A DNA stretch of 64,000 bases, taken from positions 2,619,515-2,683,514 of the forward strand of contig CP170648.1 in the NCBI GenBank assembly GCA_042919575.1. Direction: 5' to 3'. The stretch comes from Stenomitos frigidus ULC029. Its GTDB lineage: Bacteria > Cyanobacteriota > Cyanobacteriia > Leptolyngbyales > Leptolyngbyaceae. Each line of letters begins with the position of its first letter. Within the stretch, counting starts at the first letter, position 1. The position numbers were made by a program, and so were the translations under genes. This document shows, piece after piece, positions 39,990-48,366 of the stretch. The notes below the pieces were generated by a model, which saw only the letters and a list, made by a program, of their open reading frames with translations, searched no databases and had not been told where the DNA came from.

Positions 39990-40097
39990 CGTTTCAGCCC
40001 CAACAGCATTAAAAAAAGCCTCCTGACTGACGGGTTCAGGAGGCTTTATTTATTTTTAATGCCGCGGTAAAACTAATGAACGAAAAACAGTCGAACC

Positions 40098-40706
40098 TTA
40101 TGCTTGTCGTGAGTAGTACTCAACCACCAGCAGTTCGTTAATCTGAAGCGCGACCCACTCGCGATCAATAACGCTGTTGACCTTGCCAACGAGCTTGTTT
40201 TTGTCAAACTCTAGATGGCTTGGCAGGTTAGCAAGACCAGGATACTGCAAGTTCGTTTCAACGATTTTGCGTGAACGGTCTTGATCTTTCACGCCGATGA
40301 CTTCGCCGGGGCGACATTGGTAGCTAGGAATATCGACCACGCGACCGTTGACGGTAACGTGCCCATGATTGACCAGTTGACGCGCACCAGGAATGGTCGG
40401 AGCCATACCCAGGCGAAAAATGGTGTTATCCAGACGCATTTCCAACAGTTGCAATAAGGTTTGCCCTGTGGAACCGGCTGCTCGACGAGCTTTTCGCACG
40501 TACCGCAACAGCTGGCGTTCGGTGATCCCGTAGTTAAAGCGGAGCTTTTGTTTTTCTTCCAGCCGAACTGCATACTCAGAACGCTTTTTGCGGTTTTGAC
40601 CATGCTGACCAGGTGGATATGCACGTCTGGGCGCTTTGCGAGTCAACCCAGGCAAATCTCCTAGCCGACGCACAATCCGCAGCCGTGGACCTCGATATCG
40701 CGACAT
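40098..40706 (-). CDS. rpsD: 30S ribosomal protein S4
   Basis: [16 protein letters not shown]...LESRLDN... is canonical S4. Confidence 0.95.
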   Translation of the reverse strand: MSRYRGPRLRIVRRLGDLPGLTRKAPRRAYPPGQHGQNRKKRSEYAVRLEEKQKLRFNYGITERQLLRYVRKARRAAGSTGQTLLQLLEMRLDNTIFRLGMAPTIPGARQLVNHGHVTVNGRVVDIPSYQCRPGEVIGVKDQDRSRKIVETNLQYPGLANLPSHLEFDKNKLVGKVNSVIDREWVALQINELLVVEYYSRQA

Positions 40707-40916
40707 CTAACTTCCTCTAAATTCGTCTAAAAGTTTTAGCCAGAACATCTAGTATATGCTCTGACGATTCCAACTTCAAAAAAAGTTGCGTTTTTTTTGA
40801 GTATTTCCTGACGATTATAGCGTGAACCATCTTCTCTTCAGGACGCGGCTTGCCTGGGAAGAATGACGATCGCGCTCACTTCCCGTTTTTGTAGACTCAG
40901 CAGACCTTAAGCACGC

Positions 40917-41657
40917 TTAGAGAACTGCTTCTAGCGGGATATCAAGGACTGGAAACTGCGCCCAGCTTGCAGCATCAAAGTGCCACCATTCGCTTTGTAA
41001 GGGTGTAAACCCATGCTGAGTCATGACATCTTTTAGCCGCTGGCGGTTTTGCTTTGCCTGTGGACTGGCACCGTCATAGTTTGTGGCTGCTTGCTCAGTA
41101 AAATCGTCGAAACCAGTAGGCATGGTCAGTTCTTTCCCCCTACGATCGACCAGCGTGACATCGACCGCAGAGCCACGATTATGTCGGGAACCCCTAGCAG
41201 GATTGGCAACATAACGATCGTCTGGGAAAAGTTTCCACATTTGCTTTTGCACCGAAAGCGGGCGGTAGCAGTCGTATACTTTCAGCCCCAGTCCCTCTTT
41301 TTCCAGGGCTTTCTGTACTGCCCCTAGCTGCTCGGCGACGCTCGCCCGTAGCAGGCAGCGCGACTGCTTGTAGAGTGGTCGCCGCATAAAGTTATTGGTC
41401 GTTGCATACCGCAGATCCAGACGAATCGCAGGATTAACCGAACGCAGATCCACTAATAAAGCGCTGTTGGCAAGCTTGTTTAGTTGAGAGGGAAGGGCTG
41501 TGGTTGGCGACGCTGTGAGCCGAGGCGATGCTGTGGCGATGCTTGGCGGAACAGTCGAGTCAGCAGCCTTTATGGAGTAATGGCAAGCAACAAAAAGTGC
41601 TAGAAGCGCGATCGCAGCAAACTGAAGCCAGGATGGCATTTTGTGTAAGGCTTTCAT
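40917..41657 (-). CDS. D-Ala-D-Ala dipeptidase (peptidase M15D, VanX-like) with signal peptide
   Basis: YDCYRP...SRHNRGSAVDVTL...SEWWHFD are the zinc-binding and catalytic motifs of VanX/DdpX. Confidence 0.8.
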   Translation of the reverse strand: MKALHKMPSWLQFAAIALLALFVACHYSIKAADSTVPPSIATASPRLTASPTTALPSQLNKLANSALLVDLRSVNPAIRLDLRYATTNNFMRRPLYKQSRCLLRASVAEQLGAVQKALEKEGLGLKVYDCYRPLSVQKQMWKLFPDDRYVANPARGSRHNRGSAVDVTLVDRRGKELTMPTGFDDFTEQAATNYDGASPQAKQNRQRLKDVMTQHGFTPLQSEWWHFDAASWAQFPVLDIPLEAVL

Positions 41658-41765
41658 GTCGCCAGTTTTATACAGATAAGGGATAATGCCAGTGTGCCCA
41701 GGACGTTCGATACGCCAACAAAATTTTCGCAGCCCTTCTAGAATAGAAGTCTTAGACCTTTCAGA

Positions 41766-43289
41766 ATGGAAGTTCTGAGCAACAAACCTGCTCCACGATC
41801 GCAGCCGAGGCTCACTATGCTTGCAACCCCGCTTCTTCGCTCTAGAGAATTGCCAACCTTGGAATACAGCTCCACGCGCGATCGCTTCGATGCGACCTGG
41901 GAATCGCCCCTATCAACATTGCTAGGACTGGGACGGGCAGCAGGCGCAGATTTCGTCGAGTTCTTTCTAGAGCGGGTTAACTACATTAGCTGCCTCGCTG
42001 AAGACGATGCCATCACCAGCATTTCGCCACGCCTTGCCACTGGGGCTGGCATCCGCGTTTTTCGGGGTCAAACCGATTGCTACGTCAGCACCAACGACCT
42101 CACCTTCTCTGGCTTAAAAGCTGCCCTCGAAAAAGGGCTTTCCATTCTAGGCTTACAGCTGCCTTCGCCCGGAGCATATATTCCTGAAATTAATCTGGAA
42201 CCGCTGCGCGACTACGCCGTACTCCGTGGCAAAGAATCCTGGCTCTCAGCCTCTAGCTCTATGCGCGAAATGGGCGAAGTGCTGCTGGATGCCAACGCTC
42301 GTTTAAAAGAAAAAGCCACGCATGTCCAATCTCGTCGCGCTGTCTACTTCCGCGATTGGCAAGAAGTGTTGGTTGCCTCCAGCGATGGCACCTTTGCGAG
42401 AGACATTCGCCTGACGCAATCCGTTGGCTACAACCTGCTCTGTGCGGATGGTGCTAACCGTGCCTCTATTGGCGAACGTGTGGGCAACACCAGCGATCCT
42501 AACTTCCTTCGCACCTGGGACTACAACGCGACTGCCGAAAGCGTTGCTGAATCGGCTGGCAGAATGCTCTATGCCGACTATGTGGAATCGGGCACCTACC
42601 CCATCATCATGGCAAACAAGTTTGGTGGCGTGATCTTCCATGAGGCTTGCGGTCACTTGCTAGAAACCACCCAGATCGAAAAACGCACCACGCCGTTTAT
42701 GGATAAAAAAGGCGAAAAGATTGCCCACGAAAACCTGACAGCATGGGATGAAGGGCTTTCGACGGATGCGTTTGGCACGATCGACATGGACGACGAAGGA
42801 ATGCCCGCTCAACGCACACTCTTGATTGAAAAAGGCGTACTGAAAAACTTTATCGCCGATCGTGCGGGTTCCATTCGCACCGGACACCCTCGCACAGGTA
42901 GCGGTCGCCGCCAAAGCTATACTTACGCCGCCGCCTCGCGGATGCGGAACACCTACATTGCTCCTGGTGATTTCACCAACGAAGACCTGTTTGCCTCCAT
43001 TGAAAAAGGCATCTACTGCAAGAAAATGGGCGGCGGCAGCGTTGGTGCTACTGGACAATTCAACTTCTCAGTGGACGAAGCCTACCTGATTGAAAACGGC
43101 AAAATCACCAAACCCCTCAAAGGCGCAACCCTGATCGGCGAAGCCAAGGAAATCATGAACAAAATTTCCATGTGCTCCAACGATCTCGACCTCGCAGCAG
43201 GCTTCTGCGGCTCCGTCAGCGGCAGCATCTACGTCACCGTTGGACAACCCCACATCAAAGTCGATTCCATCACCGTTGGCGGACGGTAG
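41766..43289 (+). CDS. tldD: metalloprotease TldD
   Basis: HEACGH zinc motif and TldD/PmbA fold blocks. Paired with pmbA at 45809. Confidence 0.85.
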   Translation: MEVLSNKPAPRSQPRLTMLATPLLRSRELPTLEYSSTRDRFDATWESPLSTLLGLGRAAGADFVEFFLERVNYISCLAEDDAITSISPRLATGAGIRVFRGQTDCYVSTNDLTFSGLKAALEKGLSILGLQLPSPGAYIPEINLEPLRDYAVLRGKESWLSASSSMREMGEVLLDANARLKEKATHVQSRRAVYFRDWQEVLVASSDGTFARDIRLTQSVGYNLLCADGANRASIGERVGNTSDPNFLRTWDYNATAESVAESAGRMLYADYVESGTYPIIMANKFGGVIFHEACGHLLETTQIEKRTTPFMDKKGEKIAHENLTAWDEGLSTDAFGTIDMDDEGMPAQRTLLIEKGVLKNFIADRAGSIRTGHPRTGSGRRQSYTYAAASRMRNTYIAPGDFTNEDLFASIEKGIYCKKMGGGSVGATGQFNFSVDEAYLIENGKITKPLKGATLIGEAKEIMNKISMCSNDLDLAAGFCGSVSGSIYVTVGQPHIKVDSITVGGR

Positions 43290-43517
43290 ACAAGGAGCGG
43301 AGTCTAAAGGGCAAGGAATAAAAAACGAGAAGCTGGAGTTTCCAACGCGAAGTCTCCAGCTTGATCGTATTTACCTGTACTGAGTTGTCTATTGGGCTGT
43401 GTTCTAGGAGATTATTCGTTAATACTCAAGTCTAAATGAGGTAAACCTAGTTTAGTGTCGGGTGCAGTCGGAGAAGGTTAGACGAGAATCTTAAAATAAG
43501 GCGTTTCGGCAGCTCCC

Positions 43518-44909
43518 ATGACATACTTACTGTTCTTCCTTTCTATTGGACTTGCTACTGCTTTGGTAGTGGTGATTAAACAACTGCAACAACGTCAGAA
43601 TGAGTATGCTTTAGCGCAGCAAAGGTTAAAAGAAGCCGATAGGAAGATACAAGATATAGACCGAAAATATGGTGGACTTCTTTCACAAGAGGAGTCAGCT
43701 AGGAAATTAGACAACCAGATTATTGTTCTCACAGATCGGCTAAAGCAGCTTAATAGACAAGCTAATACTGAAGAGCAGGAACTTGACCATAAAATCTCGA
43801 CATTAAAAATAAAGCTTCAAGAACTTGAAGAGCAAGAGTTTATTGAATCATTTGGATTTTACAAATCCAAGTATGACTTTCAGGAGTCTGGCGAGTATAA
43901 GCAATGTCTTGACAAAATCCGGTTTCAGCAAAAGCAGATGATTAAAGACCGAACTGCTGCCGTTTGCCGAACTCAATTTACTCTCAGCGATAGCCGAAAA
44001 GAAGGCAAAAAGATGACTGATAGTTATCTCCGATTAATTCTCCGAGCCTTTAATGGAGAATGTGATGCCGCTGTAGTAAAAGTTAAATATAGTAATGCTC
44101 AGACAATGGAGAATCGAATTAGAAAAGCATTCGCAGAGCTTAATAAGCTTTCTGAGATTATTCATTCTGAAATCACCTCTGATTATCTAGATCTTAAGCT
44201 TAAAGAGTTATGGCTAACTCATGAGTATCAAGAGAAAAAATACCAAGAACAAGAAGAGCAACGCACAATTCGTGAGCAGATGCGCGAAGAAGAACGAGCC
44301 TTACGCGAATTGGAGAAAGTAACACAAGAAGCTGAACGCGAGGAACGACGATACCAAGAAGCTTTAGAAAAAGCTCAAAGAGAGATTGAGAATGTTACGG
44401 GTAAGGCTCAACAAAAACTTCAAGCACAGATCGAGGAATTACAGAAGCGGGTGGCTGAAGCTGAAGCCAGTAAAGAGCGAGCTATTTCTCAAGCCCAACT
44501 AACCAAATCAGGTCATGTATATGTAATCTCAAATATTGGTTCTTTTGGTAACGATGTATACAAAATTGGTATGACACGTCGTCTTGAGCCGATGGATAGG
44601 GTTAAAGAGCTAGGTGATGCGTCTGTCCCTTTCCCGTTTGACGTTCACGCTATGATCTTTTGCGAAAATGCGCCAGAATTAGAGTCACGTTTGCATAAGC
44701 GTTTTAACTTTAAAAGAGTAAACAAAGCCAATGGCAAGAAGGAATTTTTTCGAGTTTCGTTAGAAGAAGTAGTTGAGACGGTTCGAGAAATTGATGAAGA
44801 ACTTCAGATCTGCAAATCAGAAATCAAGTTCACAAAAGCTGCTGAAGCTGCTGACTTCCGCAACACTCTAGCCCAAGAACGCGAGGTGCAGCGGGCTAAG
44901 GTGACTTGA
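43518..44909 (+). CDS. TM + coiled-coil DUF4041-like N-region fused to a T5orf172 (GIY-YIG-like / MUG113) C-terminal domain
   Basis: HVYVISNIGSFGNDVYKIGMTRRLEPMDRVKELGDASVPFPFDVHAMIF...RLHKRFNFKRVNKANGKKEFFRVSLEEV fits the T5orf172 pattern. AT-rich gene. Confidence 0.65.
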   Translation: MTYLLFFLSIGLATALVVVIKQLQQRQNEYALAQQRLKEADRKIQDIDRKYGGLLSQEESARKLDNQIIVLTDRLKQLNRQANTEEQELDHKISTLKIKLQELEEQEFIESFGFYKSKYDFQESGEYKQCLDKIRFQQKQMIKDRTAAVCRTQFTLSDSRKEGKKMTDSYLRLILRAFNGECDAAVVKVKYSNAQTMENRIRKAFAELNKLSEIIHSEITSDYLDLKLKELWLTHEYQEKKYQEQEEQRTIREQMREEERALRELEKVTQEAEREERRYQEALEKAQREIENVTGKAQQKLQAQIEELQKRVAEAEASKERAISQAQLTKSGHVYVISNIGSFGNDVYKIGMTRRLEPMDRVKELGDASVPFPFDVHAMIFCENAPELESRLHKRFNFKRVNKANGKKEFFRVSLEEVVETVREIDEELQICKSEIKFTKAAEAADFRNTLAQEREVQRAKVT

Positions 44910-44989
44910 GTGAAGTAACAGGAAATTAGCGTGATTACATTTATTGTTTGCCTCAGAAATTGAGTGGTCGCCTAAAAAAGGAGAACCTT

Positions 44990-45301
44990 ATGCCTGACAG
45001 AATCAGTATTGTGATTGAAAAAAATGATCAAGGCTATGCTGCTTACAGTCCGGAGCTTGCCAATTCTCAGGTGCAAGGCAATTCATTTGAAGACGTAACG
45101 GCGCAAATTCAGGTAAGAGCTAAAGATTACCTGGAGCAACTGCCCACTGACGAATTGCCCCAAACGAATGACAGACCTATCTGGGAGATCATTGACGATC
45201 TGGTAAAAGACATTCCTGAAGAGGAGTTACAGAAGCTACCGACCGATGGAGCAGAGCAACACGATCACTATATTTACGGCACACCCAAGCGGAAGCAATA
45301 A
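44990..45301 (+). CDS. HicB-like (UPF0150) antitoxin with a cyanobacterial antitoxin-type C-terminal tail
   Basis: SIVIEKNDQGYAAYSPEL...GNSFEDVTAQI is HicB/UPF0150-like. The tail ...EEELQKLPTDGAEQHDHYIYGTPKRKQ is common in cyanobacterial PIN-partner antitoxins. AAGGAG RBS before the ATG at 44990. Confidence 0.6.
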   Translation: MPDRISIVIEKNDQGYAAYSPELANSQVQGNSFEDVTAQIQVRAKDYLEQLPTDELPQTNDRPIWEIIDDLVKDIPEEELQKLPTDGAEQHDHYIYGTPKRKQ

Positions 45302-45717
45302 AGCTTGTTTTTGCCGATACATTCTACTGGGTTGCTGTTTTCAATAAACGAGGCGAGTGGCACGACAGAGTTCAGCAATATGCTGAAACACTCAAGCAAG
45401 TTCATCTTTTAACTACAGACGAGGTGCTTACTGAAGTGCTAACCTTCTTTGCAGCTTATGGCGCTCGAAGGCGGCACAAGACAGTTGCAAGGGTTCAGGA
45501 GATTCTTAGCAACACCAGGATTCAAGTCATCCAGCAAAGTCGAGAGTCTTTTTTGGCAGGGCTTGATCTGTATGCAAAGCGTCTAGATAAAGAATATAGC
45601 TTGACGGATTGTATTTCGATGCAGGTTATGCGGCAGCTAGGGATTACAGACGTACTTACGCGAGATCGTCACTTTACTCAGGAAGGCTTCACGATTCTCT
45701 TCAATGAAAATGCCTGA
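45301..45717 (+). CDS. PIN-domain toxin (VapC-like) lacking a canonical start codon (possible pseudogene or non-canonical initiation)
   Basis: In-frame translation from 45301 gives KLVFADTFYWVAVFNKRGEWH... (PIN N-terminus with the first Asp) through ...LTDCISMQVMRQLGITDVLTRDRHF. No ATG/GTG/TTG lies between the in-frame stop at 45217 and the first Met at 45424. Confidence 0.5.
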   Translation, partial: KLVFADTFYWVAVFNKRGEWHDRVQQYAETLKQVHLLTTDEVLTEVLTFFAAYGARRRHKTVARVQEILSNTRIQVIQQSRESFLAGLDLYAKRLDKEYSLTDCISMQVMRQLGITDVLTRDRHFTQEGFTILFNENA

Positions 45718-45808
45718 TGATCAGCATAGGCAGCCCTACCGAACCAAGCGCGATCGCTCATACTAGAGAAGAAAGCATCACGTTTTGAGAGAAGTTTGAG
45801 GAATCGCC

Positions 45809-47149
45809 GTGCCAACCATCAACGAACTAGCGACCCAGGCAAAAGAAGCTGCCGATCGCCTGGGAATCCACAAATTCGACATTTACGGCTCCACCGTGGA
45901 TGAGAGCAGCGCCAAGGTTGATCAGGGCAAGCCCGATCAGGTGAAAGCCTCAAACCGTTCCAGCGTCACTGTGCGGGTGTGGAACGATGACCAAACGATG
46001 GGCATTACCTCGACCACAGATGTTGATCCGGTTGGGTTAGCACTTGCACTGAAGACGGCGTATGAAGCCAGCTTCTTTGGCGTAAAGGAAAACGTCCCCG
46101 ATTTTAGTCCGGCAGCAACGGCTCCTCTTGCCCGTGAGTTTGCTGAAAAAGCGCCCCAGGCTCCCATTTCAGACCTGTTGGAAAAGCTGATTACCGCCGA
46201 GAAGGCATTAACTGAGGCACATCCGGCGATCGCCTCCGTCCCCTACAATGGTCTTGCTCAGCGCGACATTGATCACTTCTACCTCAACAGCGATGGGGCT
46301 TTGCGAACCGAAGCCTACTCCACCACATCGCTCTATCTCTACACCAAAACGGAAGAAGACGGCAAAAAGCCTCGTAGTGCAGGCGCATTTCGCATCAGTC
46401 GTGGCTTAGAAACCCTGGATGTTGATGGTTGCCTTAAGGAAACGGTTGAAAAAACCATTAGCCACCTTGATTACAAAAAGATTCCTACAGGCAAATATCG
46501 CGTTGTCTTTTCACCAGAGGCGTTTCTGAGTCTCTTAGGTGCGTTCTCGAATTTGTTCAACGCTCAAAGCATTCTGGACAATCAGAGCCTCTCAAAACCA
46601 GAGTCACTGGGCACTCAAATTGCTTCGCCTTTGCTGTCCGTTGCCGATGATGCACTGCATCCAGATAATGTGGCGATCGCTACCTTTGATGGTGAAGGCA
46701 CACCCACCCAACGTCTTCCTCTCATTAGCGATGGCATATTGGTCAACTTCCTTCATAGTGCTGGCACCGCTAAACGGTTCAACACCGACCCTACCGGGCA
46801 CGCCAATATGGGCGCAAAAGTGACCGTTAGCCCCCATTTCTACCACGTCTTCACCAGTAAACCTGCCGAGCAGCAGTACAGTCTAGAGACGGCTGAAAAT
46901 GTCGTTCTTATTGATGATCTGCACGCTCTCCATGCCGGAGTCAAAGCGCTTCAGGGTTCCTTCTCGCTACCGTTTGATGGCTGGCTGGTCAATCAGGGTG
47001 AGCGTACCAGCATCGAATCGGCTACCGTCGCTGGTGACTTTTTGGAGCTACTGAACGCGATCGTCTACGTGGAGCCAGAAGCCCACCTGACTCCGGGCGG
47101 TGTTTGCCCCTATGTTTGGGTCGGCGAACTGTCGATTACAGGCGAGTAG
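45809..47149 (+). CDS. pmbA: PmbA/TldE metalloprotease partner (GTG start)
   Basis: TldD/PmbA family blocks. GTG start at 45809. Canonical tldD-pmbA pairing, interrupted here by the island. Confidence 0.8.
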   Translation: MPTINELATQAKEAADRLGIHKFDIYGSTVDESSAKVDQGKPDQVKASNRSSVTVRVWNDDQTMGITSTTDVDPVGLALALKTAYEASFFGVKENVPDFSPAATAPLAREFAEKAPQAPISDLLEKLITAEKALTEAHPAIASVPYNGLAQRDIDHFYLNSDGALRTEAYSTTSLYLYTKTEEDGKKPRSAGAFRISRGLETLDVDGCLKETVEKTISHLDYKKIPTGKYRVVFSPEAFLSLLGAFSNLFNAQSILDNQSLSKPESLGTQIASPLLSVADDALHPDNVAIATFDGEGTPTQRLPLISDGILVNFLHSAGTAKRFNTDPTGHANMGAKVTVSPHFYHVFTSKPAEQQYSLETAENVVLIDDLHALHAGVKALQGSFSLPFDGWLVNQGERTSIESATVAGDFLELLNAIVYVEPEAHLTPGGVCPYVWVGELSITGE

Positions 47150-47211
47150 CTGCGTTGTGAGCGATCGTGGCTAGTTAATGGATGAATGGCTGCTAATCGC
47201 TCATCAACCGC

Positions 47212-48207
47212 TTAGTCATGCGTCGAGCCGTCGGGCATAGTTGCACCCTGGAGGTTTGCACCACTGAGATTCGCGCTGCTGAGTTCAGCTTTTGCCAGGT
47301 TAGCGTTGGTCAGGTTGGCATCGCGGAGATCAGCACGACCGAGGTAGGCTTCAATGAGGCTTGCATCGGTCAAATTGACACTTTGGAGTGTAGTGCGGCT
47401 CATACTTGCTCGATTGAGCCGCGATCGACACATAATTGCCTGAGCCAGGTTGGCTTTGCTCAGGTTGGCATCGGTCAGGTTAGCATCCGTCAGATTAACG
47501 TTTTTGAGTGTTGCTTCGGTCAAGTTAGCGCGCTCTAGCTTGGCACTAACCATGTTTGCCTGACTCAAATCAGCTTCGGTCAGATTAGCATCAGTCAAAA
47601 AGCAACTTTGCAGCGTGGCTCCGATTAAGTTTGCTTCGGTAAGATTGGCTTCTCGCAGACTGGTTTCAGTGAGGTTAGCACGACGAAGGTCGGCTTTGGT
47701 CAAATCAGCTCCGCTAAAGTTTGCACCGCGCAAGTCAGCATTGCGGAGGTCAACACCGCGCAAATTGGCACCTTCATAGCAGCGTTTTTCATAGCGCAGG
47801 TTAGCTCCACGCAGGCAGGCTCCGCGCAGGTTGGCGCTGCCGAGATTGACGTTTCGCAAATCAGCGCTGATCAGGTTGGCATCGAGCAGGATTGCCAGGG
47901 TGATATCGGCACCGCGTAGATCAGCGCCATAGAGGATGGCACCATGTAAGTCGGCATCGCGCAGTTTGGCGCTCATCAGATCAGCTTGACTCAGATTGGC
48001 TCCACTAAGACGGGTTCCAGCCAGGTTTGCCTTGCTCAGGTTGGCGCGGTTGAGGTATGCCAGAACCAGATTTGCGCCACGTAGATCGGTGCCTGTGAGG
48101 TCTGCGCCAATGAGATCGGCTCCGCCCAGATCTGCGCCACAAAGGTTTTCGCCCCGAAAGTCGGTTTCACCTGCCTGGTAGCGTTGCAGTAGCTCGATCG
48201 CGTCCAT
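47212..48207 (-). CDS. pentapeptide-repeat protein
   Basis: MDAIELLQRYQAGETDF, then ADL/ANLxx repeats through to the C-terminus. Confidence 0.8.
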   Translation of the reverse strand: MDAIELLQRYQAGETDFRGENLCGADLGGADLIGADLTGTDLRGANLVLAYLNRANLSKANLAGTRLSGANLSQADLMSAKLRDADLHGAILYGADLRGADITLAILLDANLISADLRNVNLGSANLRGACLRGANLRYEKRCYEGANLRGVDLRNADLRGANFSGADLTKADLRRANLTETSLREANLTEANLIGATLQSCFLTDANLTEADLSQANMVSAKLERANLTEATLKNVNLTDANLTDANLSKANLAQAIMCRSRLNRASMSRTTLQSVNLTDASLIEAYLGRADLRDANLTNANLAKAELSSANLSGANLQGATMPDGSTHD

Positions 48208-48366
48208 GATTGGTTTAGCCTCTGGCGGTTGTTTAGTTGTCGTTCGTTGCTGGCGGCCAACAGTTTTCAACCTGCCAACACCTTTGTTCAGTATGCCCCC
48301 AGGCAGGATGGCTAAGGACGTTTGAGCCTAGTTGATGAGGCATAGTAGCCCAAACCATTAACGGTG

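Noticed and set aside
40770-40800. hairpin ccaacttcaaaaaaagttg followed by cgtttttttt, between rpsD and the M15 dipeptidase
   Set aside because: Weak AT stem, with A/T runs on both sides. It could be a bidirectional terminator, but no plus-strand gene ends nearby. Not confident.
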